Source: an uncultured Candidatus Saccharibacteria bacterium (GTDB lineage: Bacteria > Patescibacteriota > Minisyncoccia > Phycocordibacterales > PALSA-1337). Taken from it: DNA of 62,525 nt. The stretch is taken from the NCBI GenBank assembly GCA_964481175.1, contig CAYZSZ010000002.1:1-62525 (forward strand), in the 5' to 3' direction. How positions within the stretch are numbered: the stretch's first letter is position 1; the number at the start of each line of letters is the position of its first letter. Shown piece after piece: positions 36,291 through 46,500 of the stretch. Under the pieces are notes generated by a model, which had not been told where the DNA came from, searched no databases, and saw only the letters and a list, made by a program, of their open reading frames with translations. A program made the translations under genes and the position numbers.

Positions 36291-38573
36291 ATGGCTAAAC
36301 AATCTCAAAACAAGCGCCTCATCCTCCTCGATGTCCATGCCATCATCCATCGGGCATATCATGCATTGCCAGACTTTGTTTCTGGAAAAGGAGAGCCGAC
36401 TGGAGCGCTCTACGGGCTTTCGACTATGCTCATCAAGATTATCGAAGATCTAAAACCCGACTATATCGTCGCTTGCTACGACCTCCCACAGCCGACACAT
36501 CGTCACGAGGTATATAAAGAGTATAAGGCAGGACGGAAGAAAACAGATGATGCTCTTGTCTCACAACTCAAACGTTCTCGAGATATCTTTGAGGCATGGT
36601 GTATTCCGATGTATGACAAACCAGGCTTTGAAGCAGACGACATGCTCGGCACCATAGTCACACTAGAAAAAGATGTCGATATCATTATCGCTTCTGGCGA
36701 CATGGATACACTACAGCTAGTCGATGGCAAGCGTGTTCAGGTATATACCTTGAAAAAGGGAATCAATGACACCATTTTGTACGATGAGCAGGCAGTCATC
36801 GATCGATTTGGATTTGAACCAAAATATCTCCCTGACTACAAGGGACTACGAGGAGACCCATCAGACAATATCATCGGCATAAAAGGCATCGGAGAAAAAA
36901 CTGCTGGTATTTTGATCAACAAATTTCATACTTTGGAGAATATGTACAAAGTGTTGAAAAAGACTCCAGAAAAGCTTGAGCTCACCGACCGACTACTCGG
37001 GCTCATCAAAGACGGGGAAGAGGAGGCACTCTTTAGCAAAACGTTGGCGACTATCCGACGCGATGCCCCTATCGATTTTGTATTGCCACCTGAGTGGAGA
37101 GAGTGTGTCGACATAGAAAAACTAGAAAAGCTCTTTGCTGATTTGGATTTTCGAACGATGGGAGCGCGTCTCCGCAAACTCCTCGGGGTGGAGAGAGAAG
37201 AGGTGAAAGAGGTAATAGACGAGGCAGAGCTTCGTGAGGTAGCGCTCGCGCTGTGGGTGGTGGATTCAAATAAAACAAAGCCTGAGCTCGAAGATATATA
37301 TAACTTTTCGAAAGTTCACAATTTTGTGCAGTCAAAGAAGATTATCTTTGATGAGTTAGAAAAAAGAAATTCTACTTTTATATATGACAAGATAGAAAAA
37401 CCGCTCATACCTGTCGTCGATAAAATGCAGGAAGTCGGTGCAAAGATCGATGTCGCATATCTCAAAGATCTTTCAAAAACATACCATAAGGAGCTCGAGA
37501 AGATTTCAAAAAAAATTACTGAGTATGCTGGCGAAGAGTTTAATATTGCCTCACCAAAACAATTGGGGGAGATTTTGTTTGTAAAAATGGGGCTCAAGGC
37601 AAAGAACCAGAAAAAAACTGGAACAGGGGCCTTTTCAACAAAAGAGTCGGAACTAGAAAAGATGATCGACCTGCATCCTATCGTCGCCGAAATCCTCAAA
37701 TATCGTGAATACGCAAAGCTTTTGTCGACCTACATCGATGTTATCCCTACACTCGTGGATAGCGAAGATCGTGTGCATCCAAAGATGATCCAGGCTGGAG
37801 CAGTGACCGGACGTATGGCATCAGAAAACCCAAGCATTCAAAACATACCAAATAAAACAGATTTGGGACGAGCGATCCGCCGCGCATTTATCGCAGAGAA
37901 GGGATACAAACTAGTTGCAATCGACTACTCTCAGATCGAGCTTCGTATCGCTGCATACCTATCACAGGACGAAAAGCTCCTCGCTATTTTCAAAAATAAA
38001 GAAGACGTACACACTGCTGTGGCCGCACAAGTTTTTGGGATCGATCTCAAAGATGTGACAAAAGATATGCGTCGCCAAGCAAAGGTGATCAACTTCGGTG
38101 TGATGTATGGAATGGGGGTGACTGCACTCCAGAAAAACCTTGGCACCGATCGAGCGAGTGCACAGAAATTTTATAATGAATACTTTGAAAAGTTTTCAGG
38201 CCTTGCAACTTATCTAGAAAAAACAAAATACGAAACTGCGCAAAAGGGCTACACCGAAACACTATTCGGCCGTCGTCGCTACTTTGAGGGGATACGCTCA
38301 AAGCTTCCATTTATCCGAGCTGCAGCTGAACGCATGGCGATCAATGCGCCGATCCAGGGAACAGAGGCGGATGTGATAAAAATGGCGATGATCAAAATCC
38401 ATGAAGAGCTCGATGTGCGCATGCTTTTTCAGGTACACGATGAACTTGTCTTTGAAATAAAAGAAGACGAGCTCTCGGTCGTCCCAAAGATTCAAGAAAT
38501 CATGGAAGGGATCGTCGATTTTGATTTAACTACTGAAGCGAGAGTGGGGGATAATTGGGAGGAGATGCAGTAA
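36291..38573 (+). CDS. polA: DNA polymerase I (5' nuclease plus polymerase domains)
   Basis: The likely start is MAKQSQNKRLILLDVHAIIHRAYH at 36291. Polymerase motifs are DYSQIELRI, RRQAKVINFGVMYG and QVHDELVFE. Confidence 0.9.
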   Translation: MAKQSQNKRLILLDVHAIIHRAYHALPDFVSGKGEPTGALYGLSTMLIKIIEDLKPDYIVACYDLPQPTHRHEVYKEYKAGRKKTDDALVSQLKRSRDIFEAWCIPMYDKPGFEADDMLGTIVTLEKDVDIIIASGDMDTLQLVDGKRVQVYTLKKGINDTILYDEQAVIDRFGFEPKYLPDYKGLRGDPSDNIIGIKGIGEKTAGILINKFHTLENMYKVLKKTPEKLELTDRLLGLIKDGEEEALFSKTLATIRRDAPIDFVLPPEWRECVDIEKLEKLFADLDFRTMGARLRKLLGVEREEVKEVIDEAELREVALALWVVDSNKTKPELEDIYNFSKVHNFVQSKKIIFDELEKRNSTFIYDKIEKPLIPVVDKMQEVGAKIDVAYLKDLSKTYHKELEKISKKITEYAGEEFNIASPKQLGEILFVKMGLKAKNQKKTGTGAFSTKESELEKMIDLHPIVAEILKYREYAKLLSTYIDVIPTLVDSEDRVHPKMIQAGAVTGRMASENPSIQNIPNKTDLGRAIRRAFIAEKGYKLVAIDYSQIELRIAAYLSQDEKLLAIFKNKEDVHTAVAAQVFGIDLKDVTKDMRRQAKVINFGVMYGMGVTALQKNLGTDRASAQKFYNEYFEKFSGLATYLEKTKYETAQKGYTETLFGRRRYFEGIRSKLPFIRAAAERMAINAPIQGTEADVIKMAMIKIHEELDVRMLFQVHDELVFEIKEDELSVVPKIQEIMEGIVDFDLTTEARVGDNWEEMQ

Positions 38574-38984
38574 TTACTGACCCTCGTCTACGATCTTGCT
38601 AGCTGTAATTGTATTTCCTGAAACTGTGCCGGTGACAAATAAAGTACTTGGACTCATTCCAGGACCATTATAATTTTCTAATCGGAAAGGAGTGTTGCTC
38701 TTTATCCAAGCCGCAACAGTCACTGGTTTTTCGGTGACACCACCCACAATATTTCTATCAGTTATAGAAGTGTCATCAGTTAAAGTAACATTCCATTTTT
38801 TACCTGTAGCTTCAGTTAGTTGCAATGATCCGCTTGCAAGGAGCTTCCAATCGTTCGATCGAACAACAACTTCTTTCTGTGAAGACTGCTTAGAGGTCGG
38901 AGTCGGTGAAATACGATCGTTTGTAAAAATGTAAACCACTAAACCGATAATAATAACTAATATAATGATAATTATTTTTTTCAT
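38574..38984 (-). CDS. membrane-anchored hypothetical protein
   Basis: 136 aa. It has an N-terminal TM helix (IIIIILVIIIGLVVYIF) and a beta-rich ectodomain. Confidence 0.55.
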   Translation of the reverse strand: MKKIIIIILVIIIGLVVYIFTNDRISPTPTSKQSSQKEVVVRSNDWKLLASGSLQLTEATGKKWNVTLTDDTSITDRNIVGGVTEKPVTVAAWIKSNTPFRLENYNGPGMSPSTLFVTGTVSGNTITASKIVDEGQ

Positions 38985-39018
38985 GCCCTAAGTATACCTT
39001 TTTTGCTATACTACAGCC

Positions 39019-39615
39019 ATGTTGTACATCTTTCACGGAAATGACAGGGAAAAGATAAATATAAAAGCACAGGAGCTCATGGCTTCTCTTATTGCAAAAC
39101 GTCCTGATGCAAGCCTTTTTGATCTGAATTCTGATAACTGGAGCACTGATCTACTCAACGAGTACACTGAAAGTCAGGGTCTTTTTGTGCAAAAATATAT
39201 CATCAATGCTCAGGATATCTTTTCTCAGTTTTTTGATGAAGCGGGTGACTATATCGAACGGATAAAAGAATCTCCACACATTTTTGTATTTCGAGAAAGT
39301 GATTTAGATGCAAAGAAAATAAAGGCTCTGACAAAACATGCAGACAAAATCCAGGAATTTTTAAAGGTAGAAAAGAAAGATGATTACAATATCTTTGGAA
39401 TCGCAAATGCGTGGGGGGATAAAAAGAAGCTTTGGACAGCCTACCAAGAAGCAAAGCTACGAGGAATCGCCGATGAGCAGATCCACGGCATCCTTTTTTG
39501 GAAACTTAAAACTATCAACTCACCGCAAATCGGCTCACTCGTCGATGTGTATCATGAAGCTCGCAGAGGAGGGGATATGGAGCTATTGCTTGAGAAGTGG
39601 ATACTGACTGTTTAA
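39019..39615 (+). CDS. DNA polymerase III delta (HolA)-like protein, short
   Basis: 198 aa. The MLYIFHGND start and the overall helical pattern resemble HolA. This is a weak call. Confidence 0.4.
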   Translation: MLYIFHGNDREKINIKAQELMASLIAKRPDASLFDLNSDNWSTDLLNEYTESQGLFVQKYIINAQDIFSQFFDEAGDYIERIKESPHIFVFRESDLDAKKIKALTKHADKIQEFLKVEKKDDYNIFGIANAWGDKKKLWTAYQEAKLRGIADEQIHGILFWKLKTINSPQIGSLVDVYHEARRGGDMELLLEKWILTV

Positions 39616-39618
39616 TTG

Positions 39619-39691
39619 TGCACCCAGTTGGAATCGAACCAACGACCCACTCCTTAAAAGGGAGATGCTCTACCAACTGAGCTATGGGTGC
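39619..39691 (-). tRNA. tRNA-Lys (UUU)
   Basis: Reverse complement GCACCCA-TA-GCTCAGTTGGTAGAGC-A-TCTCC-CTTTTAA-GGAGT..GTTGG-TTCGATT-CCAAC-TGGGTGC-A. Confidence 0.9.
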
Positions 39692-39741
39692 ATTTATAAA
39701 GCTTTTTAAAGCTGTTTTTAACTTCGCTATACTAACACAAA

Positions 39742-40098
39742 CTAAAGAGGGTAGTCAAAAGCAAATGCTCCTGGACCGGTGAGTACTAGAGAAAGTGCGA
39801 TGACAAAGAGAAGGAGATAGTAGTTTACTCCATCAGACAAAAAGGCCTTGTTGGCGATCTGTTTCACCATCAAAAGGCCAAATATGATGACGAGGATGAG
39901 AGCTGCTGCTTGGGTAAAAAGCCCAAGCGCCAAGAGAAAACCAGAAATAGCCTGGATAGATCCAAAGATCACAGCAATGTGCTGTCGCTTCATGATGTGA
40001 ACATATGCAAAATGCAAAACTACAAGTGCGAGAACAATACGAAGCAAAAAAGGAGCGATGAGACTAAAGGTTAGTAGTGATGGAAATAAACTCAACAT
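39742..40098 (-). CDS. DoxX-family membrane protein
   Basis: Four TM helices follow the likely start MLSLFPSLL at 40098. The pattern is DoxX-like. Confidence 0.6.
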   Translation of the reverse strand: MLSLFPSLLTFSLIAPFLLRIVLALVVLHFAYVHIMKRQHIAVIFGSIQAISGFLLALGLFTQAAALILVIIFGLLMVKQIANKAFLSDGVNYYLLLFVIALSLVLTGPGAFAFDYPL

Positions 40099-40116
40099 AC
40101 GTGTAGTATAGCGAAT

Positions 40117-40593
40117 ATGAAGAAAAAAGTATATATACTTTTGCACGATTTGCGGAGTGTCCACAATGTGGGCTCTATTTTTCGTACAGCAGATGCTGCA
40201 GGAGTCACTAAAATATATCTTTCAGGCACCACACCTACACCGCTCGATCGATTCCAAAACAAACGAAAGGATTTTATAAAGGTCTCACTCGGAGCAGAGG
40301 ACAGCGTGCCTTGGGAATATGTAGAGCTATCTGATTTTCTCAAAACCTATAAAGGGCAACTGGTTGCGGTGGAGCAAGACCCAAAATCAGTAAACTACGC
40401 TGAAGCAAAAATAAAAGATGATGTCTGTCTCGTATTTGGTGCAGAAGTCGAGGGGGTGCAAAAAGAAATACTAGAACGTGCAGATCTCATCATCGAGATA
40501 CCCCAAGTAGGGAAGAAAGAGTCGCTCAATGTCTCAGTGACAGCAGGAATTATTTTATTTAGTCAGCCTCTGATGCACGCTACAAAAATGTGA
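40117..40593 (+). CDS. SpoU/TrmH-family RNA 2'-O-methyltransferase
   Basis: 158 aa. It has ..HNVGSIFRTADAAG.., ..FGAEVEGV.. and ..SLNVSVTAGIILF. Confidence 0.85.
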   Translation: MKKKVYILLHDLRSVHNVGSIFRTADAAGVTKIYLSGTTPTPLDRFQNKRKDFIKVSLGAEDSVPWEYVELSDFLKTYKGQLVAVEQDPKSVNYAEAKIKDDVCLVFGAEVEGVQKEILERADLIIEIPQVGKKESLNVSVTAGIILFSQPLMHATKM

Positions 40594-41364
40594 GCTACGT
40601 CCTGCGACCATCTTGCGGAGGATAGTGCCAGTGCAGCCTTTTTTCACGCACGGCTTTCCGGTGCGGCGATAGGCCTGATGTTTTTCTTGGAATTTTCCGG
40701 GTTTGCCGTGGATGTTGCGATAGTCGGACATAGAGTCGCCACCAAAATCAATTCCTTTTTTCAAGGTGGTACGGATAGCCTCGTACAGCAATTTTAGTTT
40801 AGTATCTGAAATACTTTTCACTATTTGTTCTGGATGTATGCCTGCACGCCAGAGTGACTCGTCGCTGTATATATTTCCAACACCCGAAAGCACGGTTTGG
40901 TCGAGGAGGGTAGGCTTGATGCGGCCATTTGGTTTTTTGGATAGGCAGGTTTTAAATACAGGGAATGTAAACGCTTTTTCCAGAGGTTCTGGGCCTAGAT
41001 GTGATAGATCAGGATCTTTTATGACTTCTACTTTTGCAAATCGACGCATGTCTGACATGTGGAGTTCAGTTCCGTCTTTGAAAAATATCTTGAAACGCAC
41101 ATGCCTATTGAACGGATCGGTTTTGTCGTAGTCATCAAAGAGGAGGTGACCAGTCATCTTCATATGGATGAGGAGGGTATACTCATTTTCTAGGTCGATC
41201 AGGATATTTTTTGCGCGGCGTTTTACTCCGATGATCTTTTGACCGATGATTTTACTTTTATCCAATGGTCTTTTGTACTCTGTGTACACAGACGATATGG
41301 TTCGGCCCACAATATGCTTTTGTAGACCGGATACAGTGGTTTGGACTTCGGGTAGTTCTGGCAT
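40555..41364 (-). CDS. mutM: formamidopyrimidine-DNA glycosylase
   Basis: 269 aa. It has an MPELPEV N-terminus, an H2TH region and a C-terminal zinc finger (C..C..C). Confidence 0.9.
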   Translation of the reverse strand: MPELPEVQTTVSGLQKHIVGRTISSVYTEYKRPLDKSKIIGQKIIGVKRRAKNILIDLENEYTLLIHMKMTGHLLFDDYDKTDPFNRHVRFKIFFKDGTELHMSDMRRFAKVEVIKDPDLSHLGPEPLEKAFTFPVFKTCLSKKPNGRIKPTLLDQTVLSGVGNIYSDESLWRAGIHPEQIVKSISDTKLKLLYEAIRTTLKKGIDFGGDSMSDYRNIHGKPGKFQEKHQAYRRTGKPCVKKGCTGTILRKMVAGRSSHFCSVHQRLTK

Positions 41365-41389
41365 ATAATTTGTATACTACACTTTCTAA

Positions 41390-42313
41390 ATGAAAAAGAC
41401 ACTTGTACCACTTGTTCTCCTCATCGCATCACTTGTATATGTAAACAAGTCGATAAATCTCACAGAATATGTGCCGAGTTGGATCAACCAAGCTGGAGTT
41501 TTCTTTGTGCAAAGTATCACTGTGTCTGATCTCAAAACAACATACAAAAAAGCTGAGAATAAAAGAGACAAGGTAAAGGTGCTGCTGGTTGCCGGGCACG
41601 AACCACACTATGGGGGAACAGAATATGGGGGACTAAAGGAGCGAGACCTTGCAGTAGATCTAGCGGAAGAGATAAAAAAGCTTCTCGACAAGGAGTCTGA
41701 ATATAAAGTGGTAATAAGTAGAGATAAAGAAAAATGGAATCCAGATCTCGAAAATTATTTTGTTAAAAACTGGGAGACGATCATGCCATGGAAGGATGCG
41801 TATCAGAGGGAGATGGTACGGCTGTTTAATACAGGACAAGTAAAACGAGTGACTGATGGAGTGCTCCACAACGATGCTCCGCCCGATGTAGCTCGACGAC
41901 TATACGGAATAAATAAATGGGTAAATGAAAATGGATTCGACATCGTCATCCATATCCACTTTAACGATTACCCAAGAAAGAAATTGAGCAGTCCTGGTGC
42001 GTACAAAGGTTTTGCCATATACATTCCAGAAGGGCAGTATTCAAATGCTGAGGCAACAAAAGCCGTGGCAGAAAAGATTCACGCCAGACTCGCAAAATCC
42101 TTTTCTCCGAGCAATCTGCCAAAAGAAAATACTGGACTCGTCGAAGATCAGGAACTCGTAGCGATCGGTCGGCACAATACAGTAGATGCGGTGAGCCTCC
42201 TCATCGAATATGCATATATATACGAGCCACGACTCCATGACCCAGCCCTCCGGGAGAAGAATATAAAACAAATGGCACTCGACACGTATCTAGGACTTGA
42301 GGATTTCTTTTAG
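41390..42313 (+). CDS. N-acetylmuramoyl-L-alanine amidase-like protein
   Basis: 307 aa. It has a signal anchor, then ..LLVAGHEPHYGGTEYGGLKERDL.. and ..IHIHFND.., which resemble the Amidase_3 family. Confidence 0.65.
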   Translation: MKKTLVPLVLLIASLVYVNKSINLTEYVPSWINQAGVFFVQSITVSDLKTTYKKAENKRDKVKVLLVAGHEPHYGGTEYGGLKERDLAVDLAEEIKKLLDKESEYKVVISRDKEKWNPDLENYFVKNWETIMPWKDAYQREMVRLFNTGQVKRVTDGVLHNDAPPDVARRLYGINKWVNENGFDIVIHIHFNDYPRKKLSSPGAYKGFAIYIPEGQYSNAEATKAVAEKIHARLAKSFSPSNLPKENTGLVEDQELVAIGRHNTVDAVSLLIEYAYIYEPRLHDPALREKNIKQMALDTYLGLEDFF

Positions 42314-43483
42314 TATTTCTCGAGCGACTTCTGCATCACTCCACGGAGTCTTTGTGTCGTGAGGTCCCATGATGTATGGGTCAGTTCCTTTTCCTGAAAT
42401 GAGGATGACATCGCCGACTTGAGCCCGCTTTAGGGCAGTGCGGATTGCTTCGCGTCGATCGGGGATGATTTCTGGTTTTTTTGAAGTAACACCAAGAGCA
42501 ACATCCTGCATGATTTGCATCGGATCCTCGTCGTAGGGGTCTTCGTTTGTGATATAAACCATTTCACACTCACGATCCGCTATCGCTCCCATCTCTTTTC
42601 TTTTTGCACGGTCACGTCCACCGCCTGTACCACCGAGGATAGCGATTTTTCTTTTTCCTTTAAATACATTGTAGAGTTTTTGGAGTGAGTCAGCAGTATG
42701 GGCATAGTCGACAACTACATCAAAGTCCTGACCGCACTCGATATACTGGAGGCGACCTGCAATCTGAGTTACATTCTTAAGTGCAGTTTTTATATCTTCC
42801 TCTGAAACACCCAACTCTTTTGCAATCGCGACTGCACCAGCTGCATTGTATTTGTTAAATTCTCCAGGTACTGAAAGTTCGAAAGGGAAGTCCTGTCCAG
42901 TAAAGGTGATTTTCTTTTCTGCATCAAATGAAAGAAACTTTGGAGTCTCTTGATCGTCTTGGTTGCCAATGAGGATGCGGGGTCGCTTTGGAGAATTTTG
43001 GACTGCTTTTGCAATCTCTCGTTTTGCATTGAGATAGTTGTCGTAACTACCGTGTGCATCGATATGCTCAGGAGAGAGATTAGTAAATATGAGGGCGTTA
43101 GGATAGAGCCAGAGGTGTCGATACTGAAGCACTGCTTGAGATGAGACCTCGAGGACAACATGAGTACAGCCGACTTTCAGTGCTCGGTGCATAAAACGCT
43201 GGATGAAAAATCGTCCTGGGGTCGACATTTTAAACAGATTTTTTTGCTCGACACCATCGATCACAAAGTGAATGGTGTTTGAAACAGCTACTTTATAACC
43301 TGCTTGTTTTAGGATGTGATAGGTAAATTCTGTTGTTGAGCTTTTGCCTTTGGTGCCGGTGACAGTGATGACCGTGAGCTTTTTCCCTGGAAAACCATAA
43401 ATGACCGCACCGAGATAGGAAAGGGTGAGGTGGTAGTAAGGAAATAAACTTTTTGGAATGAGTGGTCGGATGTAGCTCAACAT
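42290..43483 (-). CDS. Mur ligase family protein (MurE-like, lacking N-terminal domain)
   Basis: 397 aa. It has a P-loop VTGTKGKSST, ..NLSPEHID.. and a C-terminal domain ..ISGKGTDPY. Confidence 0.8.
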   Translation of the reverse strand: MLSYIRPLIPKSLFPYYHLTLSYLGAVIYGFPGKKLTVITVTGTKGKSSTTEFTYHILKQAGYKVAVSNTIHFVIDGVEQKNLFKMSTPGRFFIQRFMHRALKVGCTHVVLEVSSQAVLQYRHLWLYPNALIFTNLSPEHIDAHGSYDNYLNAKREIAKAVQNSPKRPRILIGNQDDQETPKFLSFDAEKKITFTGQDFPFELSVPGEFNKYNAAGAVAIAKELGVSEEDIKTALKNVTQIAGRLQYIECGQDFDVVVDYAHTADSLQKLYNVFKGKRKIAILGGTGGGRDRAKRKEMGAIADRECEMVYITNEDPYDEDPMQIMQDVALGVTSKKPEIIPDRREAIRTALKRAQVGDVILISGKGTDPYIMGPHDTKTPWSDAEVAREILKEILKS

Positions 43484-43488
43484 ATATT

Positions 43489-44043
43489 TTATGAAAGTAT
43501 TTTTAGTGCCGCTTTTACTTTTGCTCCAGTGTCGGTAATGCTTTTATCTAACTTTTTGAGTGCCTCACGTGCTTCCTGGTGACTGTAGCCAAGAGAGTGG
43601 AGCGCCTCGAGTGCATCGCTATCATTGTTGTGCTTGAGTCCCTCGATCGTTTCTATCTTGTCTTTTAGTTCGAGTACTATTTTTTCCGCATTCTTTTTTC
43701 CAATACCAGACACTTTAGTGAGGTGAGAGGTTTCCCCGGTTTGTATCGCAGACTGTAGTGTCTCGACACTCGCAGCATTGAGTATGCTGAGGGCAGACTT
43801 TGGGCCGATGCCTGATATGGTGATGAGCAGTTCAAAGAAGTTTACCCCTTCACGAGTAGGGAAGCCATATAGATCCTGTGCGTCTTCGCGCACTACCATG
43901 TGAATCCAGAACGAAAGCTCTGTACCGATCGAAGTAGAGAGATATTCGGTCGTTGTATATATTTTGTAGCCGATGCCGTTTACCTCGAGGACGAGGTATT
44001 TGAGGTCGATGTATATAACTGTACCTTTGATGTAGGAAATCAT
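43489..44043 (-). CDS. ruvA: Holliday junction DNA helicase subunit RuvA
   Basis: 184 aa. It has MISYIKGTV.., two HhH motifs (..ISGIGPKSAL.., ..VSGIGKKNAEKI) and a C-terminal domain III. Confidence 0.9.
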   Translation of the reverse strand: MISYIKGTVIYIDLKYLVLEVNGIGYKIYTTTEYLSTSIGTELSFWIHMVVREDAQDLYGFPTREGVNFFELLITISGIGPKSALSILNAASVETLQSAIQTGETSHLTKVSGIGKKNAEKIVLELKDKIETIEGLKHNNDSDALEALHSLGYSHQEAREALKKLDKSITDTGAKVKAALKILS

Positions 44044-44107
44044 AGCTCTATACTAGCGTAAAACTTGTATTTTTGTAAGCCGTGTGGTAATCTCATGACA
44101 CAAATAT

Positions 44108-44371
44108 ATGCCAATAACATCATCAGCAAAAAAGGCACTCCGAGTCTCAAAACGAAAGAGAGTCTTTAACCTACGCCGAAAATCAGCGATAGAGACAACT
44201 TTGAAGCAGTTTACTAAGCTTGTTAAAGAGAAAAAGGTAAAAGAGGCTCAGGCGCTCATCACCAAGATCCAGCAAGTAGCAGACAAAGCAGCAAAAACAG
44301 GGTACATCAAGCCAAACGCAGCAGGACGTATCAAGTCTCGAGCTGTAAAAGCCCTCCAAAAGATCAAATAG
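44108..44371 (+). CDS. rpsT: 30S ribosomal protein S20
   Basis: 87 aa. MPITSSAKKALRVSKRKRVFNLRRKS.. is the S20 pattern. Confidence 0.9.
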   Translation: MPITSSAKKALRVSKRKRVFNLRRKSAIETTLKQFTKLVKEKKVKEAQALITKIQQVADKAAKTGYIKPNAAGRIKSRAVKALQKIK

Positions 44372-45350
44372 TCTTTTTTGTGCGTTGTGTAAGTGCGATA
44401 ATCCCTAATACACAGAAACTAGCTAGCAAATCGACTGCAAAATGTTGAAGTAGATAGACTGCGCCTGTCATGTTTGCTACTGCAACTATGAATAAAACAA
44501 CGCTAAGTTTTTTTGATTTGAATACACGATATGTGCTGAATAAAAGTAGAAAGCCCCAGATCGTATGCATGCTTGGGAAGTTGCTTACCGCATGGCGTAG
44601 GCCTTGATTATCAAGCCAAAAATTTTGATACATGGTTGTTTGTTTTAGTAAGTATGGCGAAGGCGGACCTTTTTTGATCTCATTTGCTATATCCTCAGGG
44701 ATTTCTTGTCTAAAGACGTTTACGACGTATGAAGTGAGTGGTTCCATGGCCGGTACAGCTATCCATATAGGGATACACAGACCTAAGGCGAGGAATCCGC
44801 CAACTAGCCATTTCTTTAGTTCATCTATTTTTTGGGTTACAAACAAAAAACCGGTCCAAACACCAACAAGTAAGGGGACATACATATACGACAGGATGAT
44901 CGTTCGTTCAAAAATAAAATTGTAATGAGAAAACATGAAAAAGGCAGGGTAGACACGAAATATGGTTTTGTCGGCATGCATCAACGCTTTTGACCAGTGT
45001 ATGATGTCTTCGATTCGAGCCGAAATATATACAGAGTCAATCAAGACTGTAGACCAAAGGAGTAAGACAAGTAGCATACACCCATGGAGCAGAGTTATCT
45101 TTATCTTTTCTTTTTGTCCACTACCGTGTGCCACATATAAGATGATCATTGCAACTATTCCAACTACCGCACCGACAAAGAAATGTTGACTTTTAGCGAT
45201 TTGCACCAAGGTATTGCCAGATGCAATCGTTCTTAGTGCTAAAAGCAAGACCCCAAAGTTTGTGAAAAGGAAATACAAGGTTACTGTTGCATATACTGTA
45301 AGTACTAGTGAGTATTGTCGCGCTACGTCTATGATAAGTTTTTTTGACAT
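44364..45350 (-). CDS. polytopic membrane protein with PAP2_C-like (sphingomyelin/IPC-synthase-type) motifs
   Basis: 328 aa with about 8 TM helices. The C-terminal FPSMHT and QHFAVDL resemble the SGHT and HxxxD motifs of the PAP2 superfamily. Confidence 0.5.
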   Translation of the reverse strand: MSKKLIIDVARQYSLVLTVYATVTLYFLFTNFGVLLLALRTIASGNTLVQIAKSQHFFVGAVVGIVAMIILYVAHGSGQKEKIKITLLHGCMLLVLLLWSTVLIDSVYISARIEDIIHWSKALMHADKTIFRVYPAFFMFSHYNFIFERTIILSYMYVPLLVGVWTGFLFVTQKIDELKKWLVGGFLALGLCIPIWIAVPAMEPLTSYVVNVFRQEIPEDIANEIKKGPPSPYLLKQTTMYQNFWLDNQGLRHAVSNFPSMHTIWGFLLLFSTYRVFKSKKLSVVLFIVAVANMTGAVYLLQHFAVDLLASFCVLGIIALTQRTKKTI

Positions 45351-45892
45351 GAATATATAAAAATAGGTGGTAAGTTTCTAAACTCTAAACTCCATTTGAT
45401 CGGACCAAAGCCCTTTTCTTTAAAGTATTGAATATTTGATAGGCTGTATTGTGCCTTTGTAAATACTCCACCAGGCTTCAGAAGCCGATGTATTTTCTCA
45501 CTGAAGCTTATTTTTTCAGCGCACCCAAGCAATGAGAGGGGAATAGAAGAGATGATTGAGTCGAATACCCCCAGTTCTTCACTAGGTACAGTGATGATAT
45601 CTGCGCATATCGCAACCAACCGAGTGTCCGCCATATCTTTTTTTAAAAACTCTATAAAATCAGGATTTTTATCGATCACCACTATCTCAGCGGCTCCTGG
45701 AGCAACTCGTAAAATCTCTTTTGTAAAAGGACCCATACCTGGGCCTATCTCTAGTATCCTCTTTGCTGTTGAGATTCTACCATGTTTTACAACACCTTTC
45801 GCAGAAAAGTGTGAACTGGGAGCTATTTCGCCTAGTGAAAAAAAGTCACGGAAGGCGCTATGAACAAATAGTGAGATATTTTCCAAACCCAT
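45329..45892 (-). CDS. phospholipid N-methyltransferase (PmtA/COG3963)-like SAM methyltransferase
   Basis: 187 aa. It has ..GEIAPSSHF.., ILEIGPGMGPFTKEIL, ..DSIISSIPL.. and ..FRNLPPIFIY. It overlaps the downstream membrane gene by 22 nt. Confidence 0.6.
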   Translation of the reverse strand: MGLENISLFVHSAFRDFFSLGEIAPSSHFSAKGVVKHGRISTAKRILEIGPGMGPFTKEILRVAPGAAEIVVIDKNPDFIEFLKKDMADTRLVAICADIITVPSEELGVFDSIISSIPLSLLGCAEKISFSEKIHRLLKPGGVFTKAQYSLSNIQYFKEKGFGPIKWSLEFRNLPPIFIYSCQKNLS

Positions 45893-45918
45893 ACCTCGGC
45901 ATCATAGCACGTCTCTAT

Positions 45919-46437
45919 CTAGAACTTAAGCAATAAATCTACAGCGTCTGCTATATGCTTCTTGGTATTTTCGTCTGTTAGTTTTCCGTCTGTAAACTTT
46001 GATCCTACAGTATTTACATAGACCTCAACTGGCACTACATATGCGCCAAGGTAGAGCATGATTTTCTTTAGATCGTATTGTGCGAGCGCAGTACCGATAG
46101 GACCGACAGAGGCACCCATAACAAGTACTTTTTTATTCTCAAACGAATTTTTACCCCATGGACGTGATGCCCAGTCGATAGCGTTCTTCAATACTCCTGA
46201 GATAGAGCGGTTGTACTCTGGGGTAGAGATGATGATACCGTCAGCTGCTTCTATTTTTTGTTTTAGAGCGGTTGCTTCGGCAGGAAAGTTGCCTTCGAGC
46301 TCTTCGTTAAAGAAGGGTAGCTTTGATATGTCGACAATCTCTAGGTCTGGGACGGTCTTTTTTACTTCTTGGAGGACTGCACTGTTGTAAGAATCTTTTC
46401 TAAGGCTACCTGAAATGGCAATTATTTTTTTAGACAT
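45919..46437 (-). CDS. NADPH-dependent FMN reductase family protein
   Basis: The likely start is MSKKIIAISGSLRKDSYN at 46437. ..STPEYNRSISGVLKNAIDW.. is present. Confidence 0.8.
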   Translation of the reverse strand: MSKKIIAISGSLRKDSYNSAVLQEVKKTVPDLEIVDISKLPFFNEELEGNFPAEATALKQKIEAADGIIISTPEYNRSISGVLKNAIDWASRPWGKNSFENKKVLVMGASVGPIGTALAQYDLKKIMLYLGAYVVPVEVYVNTVGSKFTDGKLTDENTKKHIADAVDLLLKF

Positions 46438-46500
46438 AGGTTGTGATATATTGATAATACTGCTATTGTATCGGTAACGCTTTACTTTGTAAAGTATCAT